Shown: positions 1 to 7,241 of the stretch, piece by piece
Numbering within the stretch: the first letter of the stretch is position 1
How the letters are laid out: each line of letters starts with the position of its first letter
Assembly: GCA_036679605.1 (NCBI GenBank)
Contig: JAZDCZ010000301.1
Span: forward strand, 1 to 10,539
Direction of reading: 5' to 3'
DNA length: 10,539 nucleotides
DNA from: Gemmatimonadota bacterium
Lineage (GTDB): Bacteria > Gemmatimonadota > Gemmatimonadetes > Gemmatimonadales > GWC2-71-9
Program-made: the position numbers and the translations under genes
The notes under the pieces: model-generated
Told to the model about the DNA's origin: nothing
What the model saw: only the letters and a program-made list of their open reading frames with translations
Database searches by the model: none

Positions 1-582
1 GATCGACTACTACTCGCGTTACTTGCTGGCGGCCTATCTGACGCCCAGCTACAGCGCGATGGCGGCCGTCGAGGCACTGGTGATCGCCCGGACCGAGGCG
101 GAGCGAGTCCACGGACCGCTCAAGCGGATGCCGTTCTTGGTGACGGACAACGGATCGACGTTCATCGCCAAACGGTTCATGCGTTTCACCCGTGACCGCT
201 ATCGGCAGGTGCGGATCGCGTACCGGACACCGACCCAGCTCGGGCTCTTGGAGCGGTTCCACCGGACGCTCAAAGAGGAAGAGGTGTACTGGCGGCTCGA
301 TGAGAACCCGGCCGACGCTCGGGCGTGCCTGGCCGAGTTCGAGGCGAGATACAACCAGCGGCGTCCGCACTGGGCGTTGGTTCCGGAAGGTGGCGGTGAC
401 CCCGCGACGCCGCTGGAGGTCTACGAAGAAAAGGTCCGGCCGCAGCTGCCGCGCTGGCAGGCCTGGGCCCGTGAAGCAAAGGCGAAACTGGACGCACTAC
501 GGGAACGGCCCGCAGCGTAGCGGGCCGCGGAGTCTCTCACATTCTGCCGTCGGGAGATTCCATTGATTTGCGAGGCAAGACA
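1..582 (+). mobile_element. Right part of an insertion sequence; probable right terminus at 582
   Basis: About 60 nt after the transposase stop the sequence reads ...GATTTGCGAGGCAAGACA (reverse complement TGTCTTGCCTCGCAAATC), matching the TG(T)...(A)CA ends of IS3/IS481 elements. The left end is not in the window, so the TIR cannot be confirmed. Confidence 0.55.
2..520 (+). CDS. DDE transposase, integrase core (rve) domain, IS3/IS481-like; 5' end lies outside the window
   Basis: The frame is open from nt 2 (IDYYSRYLLA...). It has the catalytic D (IDYYSR), D (VTDNGSTF) and E (LLERFHRTLKEE), D-x34-E spacing, K at E+7, and the YNQRRPH motif typical of these transposases. Confidence 0.9.
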   Translation: MDYYSRYLLAAYLTPSYSAMAAVEALVIARTEAERVHGPLKRMPFLVTDNGSTFIAKRFMRFTRDRYRQVRIAYRTPTQLGLLERFHRTLKEEEVYWRLDENPADARACLAEFEARYNQRRPHWALVPEGGGDPATPLEVYEEKVRPQLPRWQAWAREAKAKLDALRERPAA

Positions 583-650
583 ATTCGAGTAGGGCACAGG
601 TTAGCATGACTTACTTCAACCCGGCTTGTTTCGCTGAGCACGATCGCGAT

Positions 651-2765
651 TTACATTGGTCCACCGGCCTGTAGTAGGGCGGCTAGGGCAGCCCAGTCAG
701 CCGAATCGACGGTTCCGCCTCCGGTGAGGTTGGACACTTGGCAGGCTCCTACGCCCAATTGGCCAAAGCAGATGGCTAGGTGGCCCGCGTCTTGCAGATC
801 GATGTCTCCGTCGTTGTCGGCATCACCATCTCCAAAGGCGATGCAGGTTGATCCGGTTTCGTCACACCATTCGGTGGGCAGGCATGGATCGCTACTCGAC
901 TGACAAGCATTGGCTACGCATGTCTCTGGCCCATTGCAGAAAACGCCATCGTCGCACTCTGCTCCGCTAAGGCAGCAATCTACAATGGGATCATTCTGAC
1001 AAACATTGCCCACACAGGAATCGGCTGTGCATACATCGATATCGTTGCACTCGGCTCCGGTGAGGCAGCAATCCGCGATGGTATTGTTCTGGCAGGCTCC
1101 GTCGGTGCAGATATCGGTCGTGCAAGCGTTGGTGTCATCGCAATCGCCATTGGAACTACAGCCAGCCGTACAACCAGTTGCGGTGAACGCGTCAAAGACA
1201 TTGAGGATGCCTGAGCCTAAATCGCGGGCATCGGTGTAAGGTTGGGTATTGTTGACCATCAGTGCAAACTTTTGAGGGGCAGTCAGCGATGAATCGCATG
1301 ATTCAAGTAAAGCAGCCACACCGCACGCATGGGGAGCTGACATTGAGGTGCCGTCTAACACCGCGACATAGTGATTGAGGGGATCGGGATCGTCGGGGTT
1401 TCGATAGGTACTGATGATATCGACTCCGGGGGCAGCTAGGTCCACCCACGAACCGAAATTGGTGAAGGAGGCACCGTTTCCGTTGCGATCAGTAGCAGCC
1501 ACGTTCATCACACCAGCTTTGGCACCCAGAAAGTCCTGAGTGGAGGAGTTGCTGTTCCCAGCTGAGTGTATGACCATAACATCGCGAGCCAGCACTGCAT
1601 TGACTGCAGCGTCCAGCCCGCCTGAGTTTGACGACCCCCATGAGCAATTGATGGCGGTGATGTTGAAGCCAGCATCAACCATGGTGGCCACGTAGTTAAA
1701 CGCCTCGGCGGCGAAGTCCATGCGAACGACGCCGGTGGTTTGGCCTCGACAGCGGGCGTGCCAGCCAATTCGAAGCGGCATGATTCTGATACCGTTGGCC
1801 AAACCCGTCAAAGTTCCATCGCTGAATCCACCGGCGGTACCAGCCACGCCAGCTCCGTTGTTGGTGATGGCGCCGACAGTACCCGCGGTGTGTGTGCCGT
1901 GGCCGTTGAAGTCGTCGGGGTCGTTGTCGACCGTACCACAGTCCAGATCCAAGCAACTGCAACCGGGAGCGGTGGTGTTATCCACGAAGTCAAAACCAAT
2001 GGTATCATCGATTCGACCGTTGCCGTCATCATCTGTACCATTGCCGGGGATTTCATTGGGGTTGACGAAAATGTTGCCGTTGGTTTGGGGTGTGCCTGGA
2101 CCCCAAGTTGGGTTGTTGCCACCCAGATCGAAGTGGAAGTAGCGGGTTCCTGAATCAGCCACCGCCACTATGACATTGCTATCACCGGAGTTGATGTCCC
2201 AAGCCAAGTTGGCATCGACGCCATGGGTATCCCAGTAGCTCCAATGGTCAAATGGCAAGGTGGGTGGCGGGTCGCGATACCAGGTGTCGTTGGCTTCGGC
2301 GTGCAGGTAATGGATGCCAATTTTTTCGGTGTGGTCCACGTTGGGATCGCGATCAAAGGCTGCCAACGTAGCATCCAAGTCAGCCCCGGGAGCGAGTTTG
2401 ACTTTGAAATGGCCGGTCAAATCCGGCAGCGCTGAATCAACCGCGTGTGGCTTGGCAGTGGGAAACTGGGCGGCGAAGCGCTCCACACCTCTGCCATCGA
2501 TGATTTCTTGAATAGTGGCTAGGTTGCTTGAGGGTCGCCCAGACAAGTCGCGGCCCACCGCAATAACCGCTCTGGCCTCACGCGTGAACACCACTATGAA
2601 CTCGTCATCCACAAACATCTCGGGCTCTTGCGCTGGGAAAACCAGGTCCACATCCAAGAACATGACATTGTGGGCGCCGCGAGCGTTGGTGGTTATTGGG
2701 CCAAACACCATAGCTGTCGCAAGCAGGAATATGTATGTGGTCGCTGTCGATGTTGTGCGATGCAC
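651..2765 (-). CDS. Secreted S8 (subtilisin-like) serine peptidase with propeptide, Cys-rich repeats and C-terminal dockerin/EF-hand-like domain
   Basis: Hydrophobic N-terminus and triad motifs VAVADSG (D), NGHGTHTAG (H), GTSMSAPH (S), with oxyanion SAGN. It also has the NPNEIPGNGTDDDGNGRIDD insertion and the tail GDADNDGDIDLQD...NLTGGGTVDSADW. GTG start preceded by GAGGGGG. Confidence 0.95.
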   Translation of the reverse strand: MHRTTSTATTYIFLLATAMVFGPITTNARGAHNVMFLDVDLVFPAQEPEMFVDDEFIVVFTREARAVIAVGRDLSGRPSSNLATIQEIIDGRGVERFAAQFPTAKPHAVDSALPDLTGHFKVKLAPGADLDATLAAFDRDPNVDHTEKIGIHYLHAEANDTWYRDPPPTLPFDHWSYWDTHGVDANLAWDINSGDSNVIVAVADSGTRYFHFDLGGNNPTWGPGTPQTNGNIFVNPNEIPGNGTDDDGNGRIDDTIGFDFVDNTTAPGCSCLDLDCGTVDNDPDDFNGHGTHTAGTVGAITNNGAGVAGTAGGFSDGTLTGLANGIRIMPLRIGWHARCRGQTTGVVRMDFAAEAFNYVATMVDAGFNITAINCSWGSSNSGGLDAAVNAVLARDVMVIHSAGNSNSSTQDFLGAKAGVMNVAATDRNGNGASFTNFGSWVDLAAPGVDIISTYRNPDDPDPLNHYVAVLDGTSMSAPHACGVAALLESCDSSLTAPQKFALMVNNTQPYTDARDLGSGILNVFDAFTATGCTAGCSSNGDCDDTNACTTDICTDGACQNNTIADCCLTGAECNDIDVCTADSCVGNVCQNDPIVDCCLSGAECDDGVFCNGPETCVANACQSSSDPCLPTEWCDETGSTCIAFGDGDADNDGDIDLQDAGHLAICFGQLGVGACQVSNLTGGGTVDSADWAALAALLQAGGPM
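882..1160 (-). repeat. Three tandem 93-bp (31-aa) Cys-rich coding repeats in the S8 peptidase
   Basis: CSSNGDCDDTNACTTDICTDGACQNNTIADC / CLTGAECNDIDVCTADSCVGNVCQNDPIVDC / CLSGAECDDGVFCNGPETCVANACQSSSDPC, starting at 1160, 1067 and 974. Confidence 0.85.
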
Positions 2766-2807
2766 CTGGAATCCCCCTCAGGTTTGGTCTTATCCTTGGC
2801 CTAGCCC

Positions 2808-2837
2808 ATTCTAGCGAAACACCCCGAGCCTATTCAA
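2808..2837 (-). promoter_or_regulatory. Putative sigma70-type promoter of the S8 peptidase
   Basis: Minus strand TTGAAT-N18-TAGAAT, about 40 nt upstream of the start codon. Confidence 0.5.
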
Positions 2838-2854
2838 CCGGGTTATGGGACCAA

Positions 2855-3217
2855 TCAGGCGGTCAGGTCCACATTCACAAAGCTATCAGCCACAGGGATG
2901 ATTGCGCCGGTCAAGTTCACGTCGATGTTCAGGTCAGTGTTGAGGCTTGACTGAACGATCAGGCCGCCTTCTGCAAAGGTGAAGTCGGTCAAGCCGGTGT
3001 TGGTGATCTCGACATACTTGGGCGTGCCCCCGGTCAGCGTACCGTCCATGATCTCGCTGATGACGAGGCAGCCATTGCTCTGGGCGTCGCCAGCATGTGG
3101 TGCAGCCAGCGGCAGGCAGACAGCCAGGAGCCCGACAACCAAGCCGTGATTCGTGATGACGTTGCGGCTGCGACGGTCGTGGTCATCACGGTCCGTTGAG
3201 AAACGAGGAATAGACAT
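2855..3217 (-). pseudogene. Secreted protein with the N-terminal part of a lamin-tail-like domain, apparently 3'-truncated
   Basis: Likely ATG at 3217 and a signal-peptide-like segment (RRSRNV...LVVGLLAVCLPLAAPHAGDAQ). CLVISEIMDGTLTGGTPKYVEITNTG matches the LTD pattern (lvIsEi...yvEi.N.g). It stops only about 70 aa into the domain. Confidence 0.55.
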
Positions 3218-3408
3218 GTGCTGTTTCGCCCCTTTGTGGCCTTGAGGGTCGAAAAACGCCGCCACGGTGGGCAGACGCAGATTGCTGTATCCATTGGATG
3301 CCAGGAATCGGGCGATCTATTGCAGCTCCTGGCCCGAGAGTGCCCGTTCACGGGTGCTGGCAAGCCCAGCCTGCTCTCTTGGTTTCGTGGTCGTGGATGC
3401 CGAATCTA

Positions 3409-3428
3409 CTGGCGGTTTGCTGGCGGTT
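3409..3428. repeat. Tandem direct repeat CTGGCGGTT x2 (11-bp period), arm-type-site-like
   Basis: Exact copies at 3409-3417 and 3420-3428, about 160 bp left of the tRNA-fragment core. Confidence 0.45.
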
Positions 3429-3550
3429 GGGATGCATCGAAACGGAGGAATAAGGACTTGCAAAGACGAAAACGCATCGATTTTCCTCTTTCGATGAGAG
3501 GAACACACAGGGGTCGATTTGGCGTAAGTGCTTGTTGGGTAGTTGTTTAT

Positions 3551-3592
3551 AGCGGGCGAGCGGATTCGAACCGCCGACGTCCAGCTTGGGAA
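3551..3592 (-). mobile_element. att site: 3' fragment of tRNA-Gly(CCC), not a complete tRNA
   Basis: Minus strand TTCCCAA-GCTGG-ACGTC-GGCGG-TTCGAAT-CCGCT-CGCCCGC-T gives the anticodon loop (CCC), 3' anticodon stem, variable loop, T arm, 3' acceptor strand and U73 discriminator. The upstream sequence (…ACCACCGAA) lacks the 5' half. Confidence 0.88.
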
Positions 3593-3658
3593 TTCGGTGG
3601 TCGGCGCGCAAACCCTGTTCCCACAAGGGTTTATATCGCGTTTTTCGGCCAAAAACGA

Positions 3659-3741
3659 GGGTTACAAGTGGGTAGCAAGTCACTGACAACTCGATAACAA
3701 GTCACCACCAAGTGACGACTGACCAACTCAGTGACCAACTC
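3659..3741 (+). repeat. Five 11-bp-phased repeats ending in CAA(G/C)T, followed by two TGACCAACTC repeats at 12-bp period
   Basis: GGGTTACAAGT/GGGTAGCAAGT/CACTGACAACT/CGATAACAAGT/CACCACCAAGT (3659-3713); TGACCAACTC at 3720-3729 and 3732-3741. Confidence 0.75.
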
Positions 3742-3753
3742 CTGGAGACACAC

Positions 3754-3888
3754 ATGGCCGAACAGAACCCGAACTTCGGCCCAAAGGAAGGCCGATTTCC
3801 ACACGACGTCCGGACCGATAGGCCGACATTCGTGCAGCACGGGTACAACGCTGACGCGTCTCAACCCTCCTTCGGGCCAGACGTGTGA
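3754..3888 (+). CDS. Possible 44-aa small protein
   Basis: GGAGA 5 nt before the ATG. Translation is MAEQNPNFGPKEGRFPHDVRTDRPTFVQHGYNADASQPSFGPDV, with no recognisable family. Confidence 0.25.
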   Translation: MAEQNPNFGPKEGRFPHDVRTDRPTFVQHGYNADASQPSFGPDV

Positions 3889-3925
3889 AGACAGGAAGAG
3901 TAAACGCATTGAGGTACGGAGGGGC

Positions 3926-3954
3926 TTGACCCGGCCCCAACCGGGCTTTAGGCT
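3926..3954 (+). promoter_or_regulatory. Putative sigma70 promoter of the abiE operon
   Basis: TTGACC (3926-3931)-N17-TAGGCT (3949-3954). Confidence 0.65.
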
Positions 3955-3955
3955 T

Positions 3956-3994
3956 GTTTGCGGAAAGGGACGTTAGCTACCCCTTTCAGCAAAC
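3956..3994. promoter_or_regulatory. Inverted-repeat operator, probable AbiEi autorepression site
   Basis: GTTTGCGGAAAGGG-N11-CCCTTTCAGCAAAC (14-bp arms, 1 mismatch) directly downstream of the -10 box. AbiEi antitoxins are known to repress via promoter inverted repeats. Confidence 0.7.
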
Positions 3995-4011
3995 GCAATG
4001 GAGCGAGAAGA

Positions 4012-4806
4012 ATGGCGGCGGTTACCGTGGAAGACTGGGTCGACGCCCTGCAAGCACGGGGGAAGTACACGTTTCTCCGCGTCGAGGCGATCAGCGACAG
4101 CGGCCTATCCGCCGAGGCCGTCAAGAAAGCCCTCCAGCGACTCGCCCGTCGGCAGCGCGTCGTGAAGGTCAAGAGCTACTTCTACGTGATCGTACCGCTT
4201 GAGTACCTCCATGCCGGTGGCCCTCCTCCTCCCTGGTTCATCGATGACCTCATGAAGGCAATGGAGCGCCCGTACTATGTCGGATTGCTCAGCGCGGCCG
4301 GCATCCACGGCGCTTCGCACCATCAACCTCAGGAATATCAGGTTCTCACCGATCGGCCGGTCAGGCCTTTGCAGGTTGGCCGCACGAGGATTCGGTTTTT
4401 CACCAACAAGCGCACCGCGGACACCGTCACGCAGAGCGTGAAGACGTCCACCGGGGTGATGCGCGTGTCCACGCCGGAAGCGACGGCTTTCGATCTAGTG
4501 CGTTTCGCCAGAGCGGCAGGCCAGATAGACAACGTCGCAACCGTCCTGGTGGATCTGATTCCACTGCTGGACCCGAAGCGAATGCTCAAGGTCGTGCGCG
4601 CCGGCGGCGACATCCCCAACGCGCAGCGCCTGGGCTACCTGCTCGAAAGGGTCCGGGGGCGACCGCAGGCGAAGGCCATCCACGAGTGGCTCAAGCGTCA
4701 GTCTCCCCGTGCTGTACCCCTTCGGCCCGGGCGACCTGCTACTGGTGCGGAGGAGGACCGGCGATGGCACGTGCTCGTCGCTGAACCTGTCGAGATCGAA
4801 ACGTGA
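4012..4806 (+). CDS. abiEi: Type IV toxin-antitoxin AbiEi-family antitoxin / transcriptional regulator
   Basis: ATG at 4012 with GGAG at 4000-4003. N-terminal wHTH-like region, then YYVGLLSAAGIHGASHHQPQ and VSTPEATAFDLV motifs. Its stop overlaps the next gene's start (GTGA). Confidence 0.92.
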   Translation: MAAVTVEDWVDALQARGKYTFLRVEAISDSGLSAEAVKKALQRLARRQRVVKVKSYFYVIVPLEYLHAGGPPPPWFIDDLMKAMERPYYVGLLSAAGIHGASHHQPQEYQVLTDRPVRPLQVGRTRIRFFTNKRTADTVTQSVKTSTGVMRVSTPEATAFDLVRFARAAGQIDNVATVLVDLIPLLDPKRMLKVVRAGGDIPNAQRLGYLLERVRGRPQAKAIHEWLKRQSPRAVPLRPGRPATGAEEDRRWHVLVAEPVEIET

Positions 4807-5627
4807 TTCCTCAAGCGCACATTACGGCATGGCGCGCGACCGCACCTTGGGGCGACGACGCCCAGGTTGAACAAGATCTGGTGCTTTCGCGCGCAGTCGT
4901 TGAGATATTCGCCGAGCGGGAACTGGCGGGGTTGCTCGCGCTTCGAGGAGGAACGGCCCTCAACAAGCTATTCATCCAACCCGCCAGTCGGTACTCGGAA
5001 GACATTGACCTGGTTCAGGCGAAGCCCGGCGCCATCGGCGGCGTGCTGAACGCTATCCGCCGACGGCTCGATTTGTGGCTTGGGCGACCGAAACGCTCGA
5101 GCAGCGAAGCAAGTGTGACGCTGACCTATCGTTTCGAATCTGAGGTGCCACCGATCCGCCCGCTGCGTCTGAAGATCGAGATCAACACGCGCGAGCACTT
5201 CGCGGTGTTGGCTTACCACCCGCTCCCGCTCGTGGTGAGAAACCCCTGGTTTACCGGCGAGGCCAACGTGACGACGTACCCGCTGGACGAGCTGATGGGT
5301 ACGAAGCTCCGGGCGCTGTACCAGCGGCGTAAGGGGCGCGATCTCTTCGATCTGTGGCTGTGCCTGACCCGTGGCTTGCTCGACCCGAAGCAGGTGGTGG
5401 CGTGTTTTGCCGCATACATGAAGCACGAGGGGCGGACGATCTCGCGCGCCGAGTTTGAGCGCAACCTGTTCGAGAAGGAGAGCAATCCGGCATTCCTTGG
5501 CGACATAAGACCCCTGCTTGCGGCGGGCGTCAGTTATGACGCCAAGGAGGCCCTGAGGCTGGTTCGCGAGAACGTCATCAACCGCCTGACTGGTGAGCCC
5601 TGGCGGGGCAGATCGTCGGCAAGCTGA
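4803..5627 (+). CDS. abiEii: AbiEii/AbiGii-family nucleotidyltransferase toxin
   Basis: QVEQDLVLSR, LRGGTALNK, RYSEDIDL, LKIEIN and KLRALYQRRKGRDLFD motifs; translationally coupled to abiEi. Confidence 0.95.
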   Translation: MIPQAHITAWRATAPWGDDAQVEQDLVLSRAVVEIFAERELAGLLALRGGTALNKLFIQPASRYSEDIDLVQAKPGAIGGVLNAIRRRLDLWLGRPKRSSSEASVTLTYRFESEVPPIRPLRLKIEINTREHFAVLAYHPLPLVVRNPWFTGEANVTTYPLDELMGTKLRALYQRRKGRDLFDLWLCLTRGLLDPKQVVACFAAYMKHEGRTISRAEFERNLFEKESNPAFLGDIRPLLAAGVSYDAKEALRLVRENVINRLTGEPWRGRSSAS

Positions 5628-5713
5628 CCGAGTCTTGACGATGCCCACCGCACGACTTCTGACCGGCGCAGTCGCCCCATTAAGAACACTGCCGGCGGAA
5701 ATGCGAGAGTGCT

Positions 5714-6472
5714 ATGTCTGAGGACATCCTCACGAACCTGAAGAACCATGTGTTCTTCCACGGAACGTCGTTGGAGGCGGCCGAGCGGATCGCACAGGAG
5801 GGATTCAGAGTGTGGAGGTCTGAGAGCTTCGACTTCGGAGATGGAGAAGAGCGGTTTATGGTCGCTTCGGGTGGTAACCTTGGTGTTGGAATCTACCTGT
5901 CGTGCAATTGGCCTGTCGCGCTCGTCTTCGGCTCTACGCTACTTCGTGTGACCCTCAAGCCCGGCACACGGCTTCTGGATTCAACCGCGCCGCCAGACGC
6001 GAGTGTGCTGCGGTATCTGCAGCGGGAGTTTGGGCGCGCGGTCTTGCGTGATTCCCCATACAAGGTGCTTCCACGAAACAAGCAGCTCAAGCTTCATGAA
6101 CTGGTAGCGCTGTTCCGGTTTCACTATCAAAGAACATGGGAAAAGCAATATGGCATGAGCTGGTCGGCGTGGCCGCGAGTTCGCAAGTTGCACGCAAGTC
6201 TGCTTGATCGCTTTCGCAGTATGCTCATCAGGTACGGCTTCCACGGTTACGGCGATCCGCGAGACGAGAACGGCGTCGTGATATTCTCCGGTGACTGGCT
6301 CGAACTGATCGAGGTCATCGCGGACCTTCCGGAGGTGCGCTATATTGACTACTGGAAACACGAGTCGCGGCAGTTCAAATCACTTGAGCAAATTCGCAGA
6401 CACTTCCGAGTCCATGGTTCGAAACGGGCAAAGGAGTTGGCGCGAACGGTGGCGGAAGGGGAGGAAGGGTAG
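5714..6472 (+). CDS. Hypothetical protein with ADP-ribosyltransferase/PARP-like motifs
   Basis: 252-aa ORF with FFHGTS...AERIAQEGF, GGNLGVGIYLS and a late GFHGY...DENGVVIF segment, resembling the H-Y-E arrangement of the ART fold. Confidence 0.7.
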   Translation: MSEDILTNLKNHVFFHGTSLEAAERIAQEGFRVWRSESFDFGDGEERFMVASGGNLGVGIYLSCNWPVALVFGSTLLRVTLKPGTRLLDSTAPPDASVLRYLQREFGRAVLRDSPYKVLPRNKQLKLHELVALFRFHYQRTWEKQYGMSWSAWPRVRKLHASLLDRFRSMLIRYGFHGYGDPRDENGVVIFSGDWLELIEVIADLPEVRYIDYWKHESRQFKSLEQIRRHFRVHGSKRAKELARTVAEGEEG

Positions 6473-6487
6473 CATTCACCTCGTCCG

Positions 6488-6964
6488 TCATCTCCGCGCT
6501 CGTGTGCTCCGTCCGCGTTTGATTTGGTAAAGCAGGCGAATATCTTTTGTCCAGATGACGGACTTTCTTGCGAGAGCTTCACCAAGTACAAGTTCGGGCA
6601 TGACCCAAGCCGGAATGCCGCGAGGATCACCAGCCGTGATGTTCATGGGCTCCGGCACGTCATCAATCCAACTTCCCAGTCGTTTCTTCGCGTCCGCAGG
6701 AATATCCACAAGTTGCTTGAAATCAAAGAGGCCCATAGCAGAACATATCCAATCGGAGTGAAGCGATATGCGATGGCTATCCGGTATGCGGACCAGCGTG
6801 ATGTAGCGGACCTTGTTGTTGGATCTGCGAGTGTTGTGCCAGTTGAGTACGTTGACCCATCGATTGACGTACGATCGCGCAGTCTTCCATTCGACGATGG
6901 GAATCAGATACGCACCGCGTCCGAGCCGCGAGTTCTTGGTCTTGTGAAGTCGGATCGCGAGCAT
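6488..6964 (-). CDS. Hypothetical protein, possibly a divergent ART-like fold
   Basis: GAGGA 9 nt upstream of the ATG, protein-like composition, and a stop 15 nt from the convergent gene's stop. Motifs RLH...LGRGAYL...LVRIPD...PELVL. Confidence 0.6.
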   Translation of the reverse strand: MLAIRLHKTKNSRLGRGAYLIPIVEWKTARSYVNRWVNVLNWHNTRRSNNKVRYITLVRIPDSHRISLHSDWICSAMGLFDFKQLVDIPADAKKRLGSWIDDVPEPMNITAGDPRGIPAWVMPELVLGEALARKSVIWTKDIRLLYQIKRGRSTRARR

Positions 6965-7241
6965 GCGACTGCGTCCTCGCTGAGTGTATCATATTCCAAA
7001 TGCACCCACGAAGGCAGCGTACACTCTCGAGCTCAAACGCTCAAGAGAGATCGGCGAGCGGGAGTCTCGGCACACTCGGCGAGGAGAAGGACGCGAGACC
7101 TGCCACGGCCGAAGCATGGACTGATCGTGGCGCGTTGCTGCTGCGTTGGGCCGTATTGAGGCGATCTCGTTATAACCTCGCCCACGGGCGCAACTGGCTG
7201 GAAACAGCCCGTTCTTGAGGAGAGCGCCTGGCACCAGCACC

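Noticed and set aside
3483..3503. Intrinsic terminator (TTCCTCT-N7-AGAGGAA)
   Set aside because: The stem is weak and has no adjacent downstream U-tract on either strand.
3551..3630. Complete tRNA-Gly gene
   Set aside because: The 5' acceptor strand, D arm and 5' anticodon stem are absent.
3659..3741. CRISPR array or plasmid iterons
   Set aside because: The units are short, degenerate and spacerless, no cas or rep gene is nearby, and att-arm context explains them better.
5714..6964. DarTG toxin-antitoxin
   Set aside because: No macrodomain or NADAR partner is recognisable, and the genes are convergent rather than operonic.
6989..7241. C-terminal extension of the AAA ATPase in the ORF track
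   Set aside because: It results from the frameshift at about 7360; the alternative frame gives the canonical lid ending at 7242.
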